Part shown: piece after piece, positions 43,262-56,250 of the stretch
Layout of the letters: every line of letters begins with the position of its first letter
Numbering within the stretch: the first letter of the stretch is position 1
Assembly: GCA_964016885.1 (NCBI GenBank)
Contig: OZ024740.1
Span: forward strand, 62,930,001 to 62,994,000
Length of the DNA: 64,000 bases
Reading direction: 5' to 3'
DNA from: Eledone cirrhosa
Taxonomy: Eukaryota
The notes under the pieces: model-generated
What the model was told of the DNA's origin: nothing
What the model saw: the letters and a program-made list of their open reading frames with translations, nothing else
Databases searched by the model: none
Translations under genes and position numbers: made by a program

Positions 43262-44038
43262 TCTCTCTCTCTCTCTCGCTCATTCTCTATCTATCTATCT
43301 ATCTATCTATCTATCACCTTTCTCTCCGGCTTCTGATTCTTTTTTTCAAATACCATTTTGGAAGAAGAATCAGGATGGAGAGAGAGGTGCTGTACCCCAG
43401 CAAGTTTTATGAAAGGTGGGTGAAAGTGGCGAGAATGGCCCGAGTGAATGGGCCTTCTCTCTATATCAGCCTGTAGGTTGAGGAAAAAGAGGAGGAGAGG
43501 AAAGGAGTACAAACTTTTCGTACTCCTGGAGATGAGGGTTGCACATTTTTTTTCGGGGGTATGTGTTACCCATATGTAATGTCTCCCCTATTGGGGAAAA
43601 TCGATTAATTTTTAAATTGTATTTGTGATAATATTTTACACGTTTTTATTGTATGTAAACTTCCCCCTTTGTATTTGTCCCCTTCTTTTGTGCCCCTGTG
43701 GCTAATAAAGAAACATATCTATCTATCCCTATCTATCTCTATCTATTTTTACTGCCATTAATTTTACATCTTTGTTTCTATTTCTCTCGTCTCCGTACTT
43801 TCTCACTTTCTCTCTTATCATCTCTCATTCTCTTTCCTTCTTCCTTGATTGCTTTTCTTCTTTTCTTTTTCTTGGTCGATTTCTGTTTTCCTCTATCTTC
43901 CTCTCACTTCGTTCTTTTCTTTCGCCTTTCTTTTTTTACCTTCTTCAATATTATTCTTTCGTACTTTCTTTTTCTTTTTTCTTTACGTTTTCTCGTTTCT
44001 CTCTTTCTCTCTCTGTACACACACACACACACACACAC

Positions 44039-44114
<76 letters not shown>

Positions 44115-44739
44115 AGAGTGAGACAGAGAGAGATTTCTTTTTCTAGCTCTCCTTTCCTTTTTTAACACCCTGAGGCTTTCCGCAGTTCTCCGGGTTGTAC
44201 AGTTTTGACCTCTGACATTTTCCCTTCTTCCTCCACCCCATCATCTTTCTTTTAGTAAATTGGACATCGAAAGTAAATTTTGTTTCAATCTCTTGTTTTC
44301 TTTAAAGTGTATTCTTGTACATGCTTACCACATTTAGAACACCGATTGTTGATTTTCCTTTAAAGGTTTCAAAGTACTTTTTTAATTCCTAGTTTCAAAA
44401 CAAGCAATTCCAACAGTATGCCGTCGATGTTAATGAAGATAGTGAAAATAAAAAAAAGTAATAAGAAAAAATAGATATGAAATTATGGCACCCATGTTAC
44501 TATAATATGGGAGAACCAAAATTATTTTCTCCATTTCGTCGTAGTATCTATGTTATAATAGTTATTGAAAATAAATAAATTTACGTATCTCAGAGCTACA
44601 TTCTCCATAAGTTTATTCGAGTATATCCGGGAGACTTCATGTAAACGAAAGCCACTAAAAATAGTTTAGCATTCTTTAAGTATAACACGTACAATGTGAC
44701 AACATTTACATAGCATATGGAAAGGAAATAATAATAACA

Positions 44740-44782
<43 letters not shown>

Positions 44783-44840
44783 TGATAATAATAATAACAA
44801 CAACCACAATAATAATGATAACAATAATAATAATAATTAT

Positions 44841-44873
<33 letters not shown>

Positions 44874-45166
44874 TGCAAAGAAACCTATGAATAAAATGCG
44901 ATAAAGAAGTAAACACTTTAAAAGTTAAAAAAAGAAAAAATGATGTACCAATTACCCATTAAGCGACTGAAGAAACTAAATATTGATTTTTGTAAATTTA
45001 AGCAAATAGGAAAGTATCTTTTTCAACAGGAACTAGTTCTAATTATAGGTCTAACTTGGGATTGTAGTTCTTTCAATTTGAGAACATAAAATTTAAAACG
45101 CCAATGTCTGTAATTGTTTTCTCCTTTAATCACTTTACTAATGTGATGCGAAGTACTTTTTGCTTG
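42347..45166 (-). CDS. Multi-exon uncharacterised protein-coding gene (partial, 8 exons)
   Basis: AG/GT-bounded exons 45166-45056, 44975-44956, 44654-44585, 44388-44329, 44248-44169, 43130-43073, 42961-42910, 42451-~42347 join with matching phases into a stop-free frame: QAKSTSHHISKVIKGENNYRHWRFKFYVLKLKELQSQFLQSLNGGFRLHEVSRIYSNKLMENVALRYELKKYFETFKGKSTIGVLNVKDDGVEEEGKMSEVKTVQPGELRKASGQINVKYLFTCPHESWKRHQVFENIHDNTLDKLFPRRGNMRELPNFKKYKNILNNATRGNMSLIFG; the terminal exon boundaries are least certain. Confidence 0.65.
43316..43714 (+). mobile_element. Tx1/L1-like LINE 3' end in a (TATC)n array
   Basis: RRIRMEREVLYPSKFYERWVKVA ORF end, UTR with AATAAA, (TATC)n on both sides; intronic. Confidence 0.5.
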
Positions 45167-45227
45167 CTGCTCACAGGTAACAGGTGAATGAGTGTTTGTG
45201 TGCGCGCGCGTCGGTGTGTGTGTGTGA

Positions 45228-45272
<45 letters not shown>

Positions 45273-45596
45273 GGAGAAGAAGAGAAAGTGAGAGATTCAG
45301 AAAGGAGTAGGTAGAAGAGAAAGTTAATTTTGCGTTGATGCTGGTGATAATGGACAGATAAGTAGACGGTATCTGATAACGATCAATTAAGCAGTAAACT
45401 ATCAAATCTTTGTGATCATGTAGTCATGTGTTGACACTCTTCAATAAGACCAAAATAATACAGAAATTATCACAATTGTTAGAAGCAAATATCAGACTCA
45501 TTCTCGCAACCACCTGTGCATGATTTAATATAAATTTGGTCGTTTTAAATATTAGGAATTCTCTTGATTGCACTCTGTGAGAACAATTTACTTATA

Positions 45597-45783
45597 ATAA
45601 TTGTTTCTACTTTAGGCACAAGGCCAGCAATTACCCAGTTCATTACTGGTACTTTATTTTATCGACCCCGTAAGGATGAAAGGCAAAGTCAACCTCGGCG
45701 GGATTTGAACTCAGATCATAAAGGGACGTAACTCTTTGTTGCAAAGCTTGGCGCCCGACCCTCTACCGATACTGCCAATCCAC
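45597..45783 (-). mobile_element. SINE family A, near full length
   Basis: Family core and A/B boxes. Confidence 0.8.
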
Positions 45784-45784
45784 G

Positions 45785-47590
45785 AAGCTTTATAAAGAGC
45801 AGGATACTCAAATAGAATTAAATACATAGATAACAATAACATGACATATCATCCTAGTATTAACTTAAACACTAAACCAAACAAAAAAACTAGAACTAGA
45901 AATATTATTTGGTACTCTCCCCCATTCTCATTAAGCGTTAAAACACCTTTAGCAAAGTTATACTTTAAAGCACTAGATAAATGTTTTCCTAAAGCCCACA
46001 GATACCACTCTATTTTTAACAGACACACTATAAAACTATCCTACTCTACTACTATGAACATAGCACAAAATATAAATAGAATTAATAATAGAAACTTAAA
46101 TTTAAACCCTAACCATACTAACCAAAATAACAATAATAATATTTCTAACAACAATATTCAGAATAATAGTACCGTTCTGAACAACAATAACTCCAGTAAA
46201 TGTAACTGTAGAATCAAATCAAACTGCCCTTTACAAAATAATTGTTTAGACAAAAACATAGTTTATAAATACACAGTTAAAACTAGAGACAAAATGTTTA
46301 ACTATGTTAGTGCCACTTCAACAAAATTTAAAGAACGCTAGAATAACCATAATCATACATTTAGGAGATCTGATAAAAAATCTTCTACTTCACTTTCACA
46401 TCTAATTTGGAATTTAAAAGACAACAATATAGACTATTCAATATCTTGGAGAACGATTTCGAAAGCACCTGCATACCGAAATATGGCTTTATCAAGATTC
46501 TGTAAATTGTGTATCGAAGTAATTTTTTATATAATTAACTGTCAAAACTCTATTAATCTCAGAACAGAATTATTTTCTTCTTGCAAACATCGCAAAAATT
46601 CCACGTTCAGAACTATTTTTAATTTATAATATTCCTATACACCTTCCAAATGATCCTACCTTTTTCAAAATTTAAATGTAATTTTTTAAAAATATTTTTA
46701 ATATTTTAAATATTTAAAAAAATATTTTTAATATTTTAAATATTTAAAAAAATATTTTTAATATTTCTAAAAAATGTTCATATCTCTAATATTTATAATA
46801 TTTTTAATATATATATTCAATATTTTAATTTCCGACATTATTTTAATTCTGACATTATTTTTCTAAGGACACCCTCTAAATATATTTTTAGATGTAGATT
46901 GATAATCTTTAAATGACATTCTGAAAATGTATCCTCTTTACGATAGATCTTCGAAAAACACATTACATTTTCCTCTCTCTTTTTATTATTCAAACATTCA
47001 CACATCTTTCGACTAAAATAATTGATCTCACACAAAATAATATATAATTTTCTCTATATATTTTGGAGTAAATCATTCATCTAATTTATAGGTTAACAAA
47101 CAAAATTGGAGTTATCTTTCTTTTCTCAATCGTGCAAACATAAATATATTATGTTTGATAATCTGTATAGCTTCGCTAAATTAACGATATTCTGAAAACA
47201 ATTTCAATGTTGACCAACATTTTTGAATCCAAAAATTGTTCTACTCTCATAACTTGAACCACCTATTTTTAAGTAAAATACAAAATCAACATCCTTCGTA
47301 ACTCATATTTGATATATAAACAACTAATAATTATAAATTATCTCTATCTCTATAATACTAATACATACGCAATAATATATATATAGATATTTATATACAT
47401 ATAACCTATCGTAATGTAATAAGATAAAAATACTTACAACTATAATTCTTCATATAATCTAATTGATTATATATACAATATTATAACTCATAATATAGGT
47501 AAATAAATTTTTTCCAAAAAATTAACGTAAATGCTAGCTCTTCTTCCTTTCTCTTCTTTCCTACGTATACAATAACTTATCATAATATAT
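45785..47590 (+). mobile_element. Penelope-like element 3' part (Naiad-like GIY-YIG), degenerate
   Basis: IIWYSPPFS..CFP..HRYH.IFNR.TIKLSYS..CNCR..CPL..C..IVYK..YVS; after the stop at 46339: STSLSHLIWNLKD..CKLC..CKH; long AT-rich UTR. Confidence 0.85.
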
Positions 47591-47842
47591 ATGACGGCGA
47601 TGAATTTGTTTTGCGAGGTTTTTGATATGAAATCGTGTGTCGAAACAAATATTGTTATACTTGGGGAGGGTTATATTGTCGTATTGCCAGAAATAATAAC
47701 AGAACACACTGTTTGGTTGGTTTTCGTTTCTGTATCTTTTATATCCCCACAGTTAATTCATTCGGTCCTCAATGTTTACCATTGACTCACCAACGGTCAA
47801 AAATACAGATATAATATAGATATAAACACATATATATGGTCT

Positions 47843-47884
47843 AACAAAGTTCTTTCGTTGCACATCTGCAACATCATCAGTGGT
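47843..47884 (-). ncRNA. Type I hammerhead motif (family C)
   Basis: Reverse complement: acca-CTGATGA-t-gttgca(gatg)tgcaac-GAAAG-aa-CTT-tgtt. Confidence 0.65.
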
Positions 47885-48261
47885 TCTATTATGTTCCTCC
47901 TGTTGTATTGTATATCTACGCCATTTTTATTTTATCTGTTTATTTATTTATTTTTGTCTTCTCTGCGCATGGCGTTTCCGTGTGTGTATAGTGCTTGGTG
48001 TGTGTTCGCGTTTGGCTGACTGTGTTTTGGTTATTGTATTCTATCTTAGTTTACTAGTGTGTGTTTATATGTGTTTGTTGTTATTGTGGTTGTGTATATA
48101 TTTATTTATAGTTCTCTTAAGTCAGTATTGTTTGTTTGGGTGTTGTTGTTATTCCATTTATTTTGTATATATATATATATATATATATATGAACGATCGT
48201 AAAATAATGAATTTTTTTAATATAAGGAACTGTTTCTTTGTTTATTCATTATTTTTTTAAT

Positions 48262-48341
<80 letters not shown>

Positions 48342-48419
48342 ATTTATTTAAATATTCGCATACACATATTTCGATACATGTATACAAACAAGGTTGAATT
48401 TAGACATTGGAGGCTTGCG

Positions 48420-48900
48420 GCAATTCAGGTTTTGTGGTCGTCTTATATAATCACAAGCCCCTTAAGGCGATTTCCCTGATAAAGGTTGACCTTGTGGGCC
48501 CTACGCTAAGATTCTACACTTTCTATATCGACTGCATCTCCCTTCAATAACATTCTAGTTTAAATTTCTTCGTCCAACTTTTGGTTTTCCCTTTCATCGC
48601 TCCAACCACATTAATTTCCATCACTCTTTTCACCCATTCATTTTCATCCTTCCTTAAAAATTGACCCAACTAGCCCATTCCATTTCTCCTTGAAACATTC
48701 ATTACAGGCTGTATTTTAATCATCTTTTGCAATGTATTGTCTTCCGCTGGACCATTGTAATTTATTGTCTTCCCCGGACCATTGTAATTTCAGCTCTTTC
48801 CACGTTTCGCTTCCATAAATGATGACACTTCTCACGCATGCAGCTGTGGTTACAGTTTAACATTCATCAGTTAAAATACGCTTATTTTTTTAGGGTATAT
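48420..48900 (-). pseudogene. RTE-clade LINE 3' remnant
   Basis: LGQFLRKDENEWVKRVMEINVVGAMKGKPK resembles the RTE C-terminal GHV.R...G.R.RGRP motif. Confidence 0.55.
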
Positions 48901-49986
48901 TTTATCAATTCTTAATATTAGTAAATCTGATAAATTGTAAATAATTTCTCACAGTAAGCCATGCGAGAAATCGTTGTCCACTTTTTAAATATCATAAGAA
49001 GAGACAGAGTGGGAAAAAGACAGCAGAGACTGAATAGAAAGAAAAAGTGGTGAAATCGGGGAGATATGGCTGATTAATGTGTACATACACATACATAAGT
49101 ACACAAGCACACATACGCACACAGAAATATATATACACATCAAACACTATCATTGATATAACTATACATATAGATGCGTACATAAACGTGCTCATATACA
49201 TCACATCTCACTTTCTCCCATTGGTTTCACTAGATAAAATAAATTTTCGGTAATTGACTCAAAAGCGACATGAATTATTTTGTTGAAAACATACCTCTGT
49301 TTCTAGCCTCGGTGTGTCAAAACATACATACATACATATACGTACATAACCCACATATACATAGAAACATACACAAATATACATAGACACATATATACAT
49401 ATACACATACATATACGTACATAAACACATGTATACATATAAACATACATACATATACGTATATGTATACATATATACATAGACATATACACACATATAT
49501 AATAGATACATACATATATACATACACATACATATACGTGCATAGGCACATATATACATATAGACATACATACATATACGTACATGGACAGATATATATA
49601 TCCAAATAATGATGACTGCTTCTTCTTGTCAGATGATTGACATTCCATTATACGTTGTTCCAAAGAATGAATATGATAATATGATGAGACAACTATACAT
49701 CAAGGGATTATAGTAACATATGTGTCTGGGACACTTGTGCCATTCACCAAGTCTCCATAGTTACATATCCACTGACAAGTGAAAGTAATGTAAATGAAGA
49801 ATTACATGGCTGCTAAGACAGAATTTTGAATTAATACATTTATTCAAACTCCAGATTTAGATTTTGGTAGACTTTCCGAATAAGGATCTGATATAAATGT
49901 CCATCACATTTTATGCAAAACTTTTTCTTTCGGCAACATTTTTTTTTATTCTACGTTTTGAAAAGGAAGATTTTACGATTCTGCAA

Positions 49987-50025
<39 letters not shown>

Positions 50026-50511
50026 AACCTTGCGCGAAACTATTTCATTTTGGACTGTTACGTACAGACTCATCGGCTAGTTCATGTGAGTTATCAGAAG
50101 AGAAAGGACAGTCTAAAATTATTCAAATATATGACTAGCTTCCTTCTCTCTGATACAGTTTTGCAAAAATAAAGTCACCAGCAGAAACCACCAGTCTAGA
50201 TGTTTAGGCATTAAAGGCCAATGACTAGCAGTGGCAAAAGGTACATACATCTAATAATGAATAATACAATGTGTATGAAATCATGATTTTTTTCATGTGT
50301 TAGTAATACCATGTATTGATACAAACATACATAATAATACAGGCATACACACACACACATAACCTCCCCCCCCCACACACACACACTCACACACATACAT
50401 ATTCACACACGGCCAATACTGACCGAAACCTATCAAAGTTATATATATATATATATATATATATATTAATTCAAAATATTAACAAAATAGATATTCTTGT
50501 GATCAATTATA

Positions 50512-50574
50512 TTTCATTATACATATTTCAGAGGTACTGAGTTAAGTTCAACAGTACGTCCTCATCAGATAAAA
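50512..50574 (-). ncRNA. Type I hammerhead motif
   Basis: Reverse complement: ttttat-CTGATGA-ggac-gtactg...cagtac-ctct-GAAAT-atgt-ATA-atgaaa; same stems I/III as 35089 but a different stem II. Confidence 0.7.
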
Positions 50575-52401
50575 TAAGATGATGCATCACATACCCTGAC
50601 AAAGTAGATGGTTAAGATTCAGTCATGGTAGTGATTAACTTATGACAAAACTCAATATTTATACCCTAATATTGAGAACATGAGATAACATAATACAAAC
50701 AATAGAGAGGGTGCGTGTAATACAGCTTAAAAAATACATGGCATCAATATACAAGTCATAACATTTTTTTAAAAAGCTACTGAAGAAAGAGGAAGGAAGG
50801 GAAAGCATGGAGGAAGAAACAGCTGATGTGATAATATATTTAGTAGGTGGCTCGAAAAAAACAGATTAAAGATGATTAAAGAGAGAGAGAGACAAAGGGG
50901 AGTAATTTTTGTTCAAGTTTATATACAGTTTTCCATATATGCAACATATATCTAAATTAATATAGTTGACCATTAATATTCAAAATATTTAATTTAAATT
51001 ATTTCAGAGTAATGAATAATATTTTAGGTTTTAAAAGTTAATAGGTATTTGTATCAATATTATAATTGTGTTTAATTTCTAAAATTCAAATTTTATGAAA
51101 AAAAATTTAAAGGATTTATGAAACACGAGAAAGAAAATATATAATGCTTTTATAACCTCACGAAGGTAATCTTTACCAAAATTATTTATAATATTGAGAA
51201 CAGTTTATATAATATAATTTATAAAATAATTATAGTTATAATTATTAAAGAATTTATTGTTAAATAGTTTGAGTGCCTAAAGGATCAACGGGCCTTATAA
51301 CTAAACTTAAAGAAGTTCTGAATTTTTTATTATATATATGTGTTGATCAAAAAATATACAAGGATTATAGTTTATTATTTGTTTATAATTGAGGTGATAC
51401 CTTTCAAATATATATAATATAATAATACAAAATAGTAAATAAGTTACTGAAAATATTGTTAAAAAAATATATATAGTTAAAAAATATTGTTAAAAAATAT
51501 TGCTAAAAAAATTAATGTTTTATGTCAATTATTTTCATTTAGTTGATATATACTATAAACATATAAGTCAAAACTATATGAGTCCTAATGATAGGGGCTA
51601 GATACAAAATGAATATACAAATAAAAGAAAATGAATTGTTTGCGAAACTTAAAGATGCCCAATATTAAAAATATATTATAAATGTAATAGGGTTTTAATA
51701 TAGTAGACAAAAGATACATCTAAAATATTTTAGCGAATGTGATAGAAAGAGGAGCTAAATATTTGAAAAAGCCGAAGGTAATCTAAATTTAATTAAAATA
51801 AAATAAGTTAAATTAAATTATATTATATTAAGTAAAAATCATTATATAAATTCGAACTTCCAGGGAATATCAAACACTTATAACAATAGAGTCATTTGAG
51901 TGTCAAAATTATTTATAAATGTAACTACGAGTAGGTTATTACACTAGATAAAGATATTTGTAAAATATGCAAACGCATGAATGATCCACAGTTCAATTAC
52001 AATCAGTAAATTTACAAGTTAAATATCCAAATTATATATTTAAAACAGAGACAGATAAATAAAGATCTGAATCAAAATTATAAATATCCCCCAAAAATCA
52101 TAAGGTATGCATATTTATCAAGTAAACAAGGTATCAAAAGAGTATCCTTCATTCTAACATTAATTCTATCATAAATGATTATTAGAAGATAAAGCATTAT
52201 TAAAGTTTTATAAACCGTTATGACTTTTTAGGCCCAACAGTTGATAAGAGACGTCAAAAATTAAGGCCTGATTGTTTAATGTTTTTTCCTGACTTTTTGC
52301 GATTAATATTAATAACTCTGGAAAACCCTTTTTCTGTTGAGTGCTTCCAATCTATTGTAAAACTCATTCTTTGATGTATTCATTGAACATTGTTTAACTT
52401 T

Positions 52402-52436
<35 letters not shown>

Positions 52437-52547
52437 GTACTCTGATGTGTTGACCAGAGGTAAATAATGTATTGGAGATCGAATGATGCAACTTCAACCG
52501 ATTAGCGAACTCTAGACTTACCTGATCAACGAAACAATTGTCAGTAC
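52437..52547 (+). ncRNA. Type I hammerhead motif, long stem II, one core substitution
   Basis: gtact-CTGATGt-gttgaccag...ctgatcaac-GAAAC-aatt-GTC-agtac, then AATAAA; 3' flank matches the 35227 fold-back. Confidence 0.65.
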
Positions 52548-52939
52548 TTTAAATAAAGCCCTTATTGTACAGCCAAATATGTTACTCTTCATTCTTTAAC
52601 TATATATATATATATAAGACATATATATATACATATATGCAGACATGTATCTACATATGTTTATATATTTATGAGTATATATATATACACACACATATAT
52701 ATATGTATATAACACGACAATATTAACTCTTTAGCCTTTAAACCGGCCGTATCTGGCCAGAATTCTCTCACCTCTTTGTGTTCAAACCGGCTGTAACTGG
52801 CTCCTCATATCGATTTAAGGTATTGTTATCAAAATAAATAATATCAAAATGTCATAGATTCAATATTATGTGAGATAATTATGTCAGATAAAGCCTGAGA
52901 TAATTATGTTAGATAAAATACAATAGTATATATATATAG

Positions 52940-53097
52940 AATAATTGTTTCTACTTTTGGCACAAGGCCAGCAATTATCCCAGAGTATTACCGGTGCTTT
53001 ATATTATCGACCCTGTAAGGATGAAAGGCAAAGTTAACCTCAGCGCGATTTGAACTCAGATCATAAAGGGCCGTAACTCTTTGCTATAAAGCATGGC
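52940..53097 (-). mobile_element. SINE family A
   Basis: Family core. Confidence 0.8.
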
Positions 53098-53748
53098 GAT
53101 AATAATGTAAATACTAAAGGGTTAAACAAGAAACAAAATAATGAAATTCTGCATGCTATCGAATGGGAAGCAAATATTTACAAATAAAAACCTTACATTT
53201 TGGAAAATTAACGACTGCCTATTTCCCCAGGTAGATGCAACGGTAGACAGTGTGTAAAAAGGCTGTTTTTTTAAATTACAGGTACAACTCATTTTTGCTA
53301 ACTCTTTCGAGTGAAGCACCGTGAAACACAGTGTCTTGCTCAAGGTCACGATGTGCACCGTGAATCGAACTCACGATGTTACGATCGTAAGCCGAATAAG
53401 CTATGGGTAGATATATATATATATATATATACTTACATACATACATGCATGCGTGCGTACATATATGCATACATACATATATACAATCATAAATACATAC
53501 ACACACACATATATATATATACACACGTATATATATATATACATACATGTGTGTGTGTCTGTGTAGTCCCAGGTACAATCGAGGGTAATCTCAGTAAATG
53601 AAATACTCAATTCATTAGCAGAGTATATTTAAAATTTAATATAGAAATGGCTTTTACGGGACTAGAAATGTATCATTCGTAAGACATCGTCAGGAAAGCC
53701 TTGATGTTGGCTTCTTACGCATGAAACAGTTGTAGTCCTATAAAAGCC

Positions 53749-53795
<47 letters not shown>

Positions 53796-53809
53796 TACAC
53801 ACACATATA

Positions 53810-53840
<31 letters not shown>

Positions 53841-53846
<6 letters not shown>

Positions 53847-54361
53847 ATACTTGGGGAGGGTCATTTTGTTGTAATATTATTGCCAGAAATAATAACAGAA
53901 CACACTCACTGTTTGGTGAGTTTTCGCTTCTGTATCTTTTATATCTCCACAGTTAATTCATCCGGTTCCGAATGTTTATCATTGACTGACCAACTGTCAA
54001 AATACAGATATAAACACATATATATAGTTTAACAAAGGACTTTTGTTGCACATCTGCAACATCATCAGTGGTACTATTATGTTCCTCCTGTTGTATTGTA
54101 TGTCTACGCCATTTCAATGATAAACATTGTTAGACTATATATCTATATTATATCTGTATTTTTTACCGTTGGTCAGTCAATGGTAAACATTGAGGACCGG
54201 ATGAATTAACTGTGGAGTTATAAAAGATACAGAAGCGAAAACCAACCAAACAGTGAGTGTGTTCTGTTATTATTTCTGGCAATATTATTACAACAATATG
54301 ACCCTCCCCAAGTAAAACAATATTTGTTTCGACACACTATTTCATATCAAAAACCTCGCAA

Positions 54362-54368
<7 letters not shown>
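53841..54368. mobile_element. PLE-terminus family C, inverted pair
   Basis: 53841-54030 inverted versus ~54130-54325; degenerate hammerhead at ~54030-54072 (-). Confidence 0.65.
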
Positions 54369-54412
<44 letters not shown>

Positions 54413-55284
54413 AATTTATTAAAAAAAAGATTAAAGTTTAAGCAAAATACATACATATATATGTACATGTATACATACACATATATATACATGCATACAT
54501 ACATATATACATGCATACTTCTATACACACATACGTACATAGTTATACGTTACATATCGCTGGAAGATATACATACGATCAACAGTTGCCAAAATACATG
54601 TCAATAGAGTATAATGTTCTAGTGTAACATTATGTTGATTCCAAAACAATATATAATGGAATCCCTAGAAAATATTTCCCTGAGATAAATGCAGACGATA
54701 TTTTGGTTATTGAGTAAGAACAAACTAGATTTTTGTTGAAAAAATCCAATAAAACTTACTGGCAAAACGTAATATAAATGATATAGAAATTTGGAACAGA
54801 AAAGAGAAATTATGTACTGCCATGAAATTCAGTTGGTTTCTTGAGGTGAAACATTATTTTGAAATCAGTGAGAAAGAGAATAATTACGGATAACTGATTC
54901 ACAATATATATCTCTATAAATACATATTTATACCTATAATTATTCATGCATTTGGTTATGTGAACAAATGCTTAAGAGGCAAACGCGAAAAGCCGGATGG
55001 TTCGGGAAGAAAGAAGAGGTCAATCAATGCAAATATAATCAGTAAGAGAAACATTATAAATATAGACGTTTCTAAATCTCAACATTGAGTGGTATCTCTA
55101 TGCTAGAGACCAACTGATTTTTTATTAGCAAAAAATATTGAAATAATTAAATTAAAAGATAAAATGATCACACACACACACATTGGTATTTGCATTTATT
55201 ATTACTAATATATATATCGACAGTCGATCGACTTTCGTCAAATCGGACCCAGGACACAACGTTCGGTCACAAAATAAAAACCTA

Positions 55285-55327
55285 GTCACTGAGGATGTCA
55301 CAGAATGTGTGATGAAAGAGCTTTGAC
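55285..55327 (+). ncRNA. Type I hammerhead motif (family C)
   Basis: gtca-CTGAGGA-t-gtcaca(gaatg)tgtgat-GAAAG-ag-CTT-tgac. Confidence 0.7.
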
Positions 55328-55599
55328 AATATATAAACAACCTTCTGGCTTTCCAACCAGCCAGGCAGCAAACCGGAAATTTATAATAAATTGAAGTGAA
55401 AACTAACAGGTGCGTGTGTTTTTATTGGCAACATGACCCTCCCAAAGTATAACAATATCTGTTTCAACACACGTTTTCAGATAAGAAATCTCGCAAAACA
55501 AATTCAAAAACGAATTATAAACCGCCATACCGCCTATGGACGCATCCTAGAAACCATACGACACACACATATATATATTGGTAGTGTGCATGTATAAAC

Positions 55600-56160
55600 G
55601 CTGCTATGTTTAATTGGCTGTTATCCCTATTAAGCCTTACTAGTTGTTGGTGTATCAACCTTACAACTATAAACTATATTACATGAGAAAGTATTTCCCT
55701 GCAAAAGAGCAGTTTATATTTCTATGCCTGTATAATTTGGCTAAATTAAATTCAGTAATGCTACGTGCGAGTTTGCGGGATGTGGAATAGTTTATTTTAA
55801 AGGTGTTTCTATTGAATATATTATGGCATTTATGTGTTGAAGGGGAATGCTTCTTAATTAATGTAAGGAAAGCCTTAGCTATTGGTGTGGTCACTTCCGT
55901 ATTATATGGTGTTTTATTCCATATAAAGCGTCTAACCTATTATTCTTAGTTTTCCGCTCGTAATGTCCTTATCTACAAATCCGCTCCGGGCCAGAACTTT
56001 ATTATAGATTGTCGAATGATCGGTGAAAATGTGTTCGTTAGCTGATAACAGGGAAAGCTTCAATGAGATTTCTTGAATTGGTTTCTAATTACGCTGGTTG
56101 GGGGATGGGAGGATTCGTTATCGTAATTTAAAGTATCATCAAGTTTTCTATACGAGTAGC
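55600..56160 (-). pseudogene. Penelope-like element remnant
   Basis: TPIAKAFLTLIKKHSPSTHKCHNIFNRNTFKINYS; upstream YRKLDDTLNY..SSHP. Confidence 0.75.
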
Positions 56161-56193
56161 ACAAAAATGTCACATACACACACACACACACAC

Positions 56194-56250
<57 letters not shown>

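Noticed and set aside
50580-52400. Very AT-rich tract upstream of the 50512 hammerhead as a PLE body
   Set aside because: Plausible from position, but no reliable RT or endonuclease motif could be read
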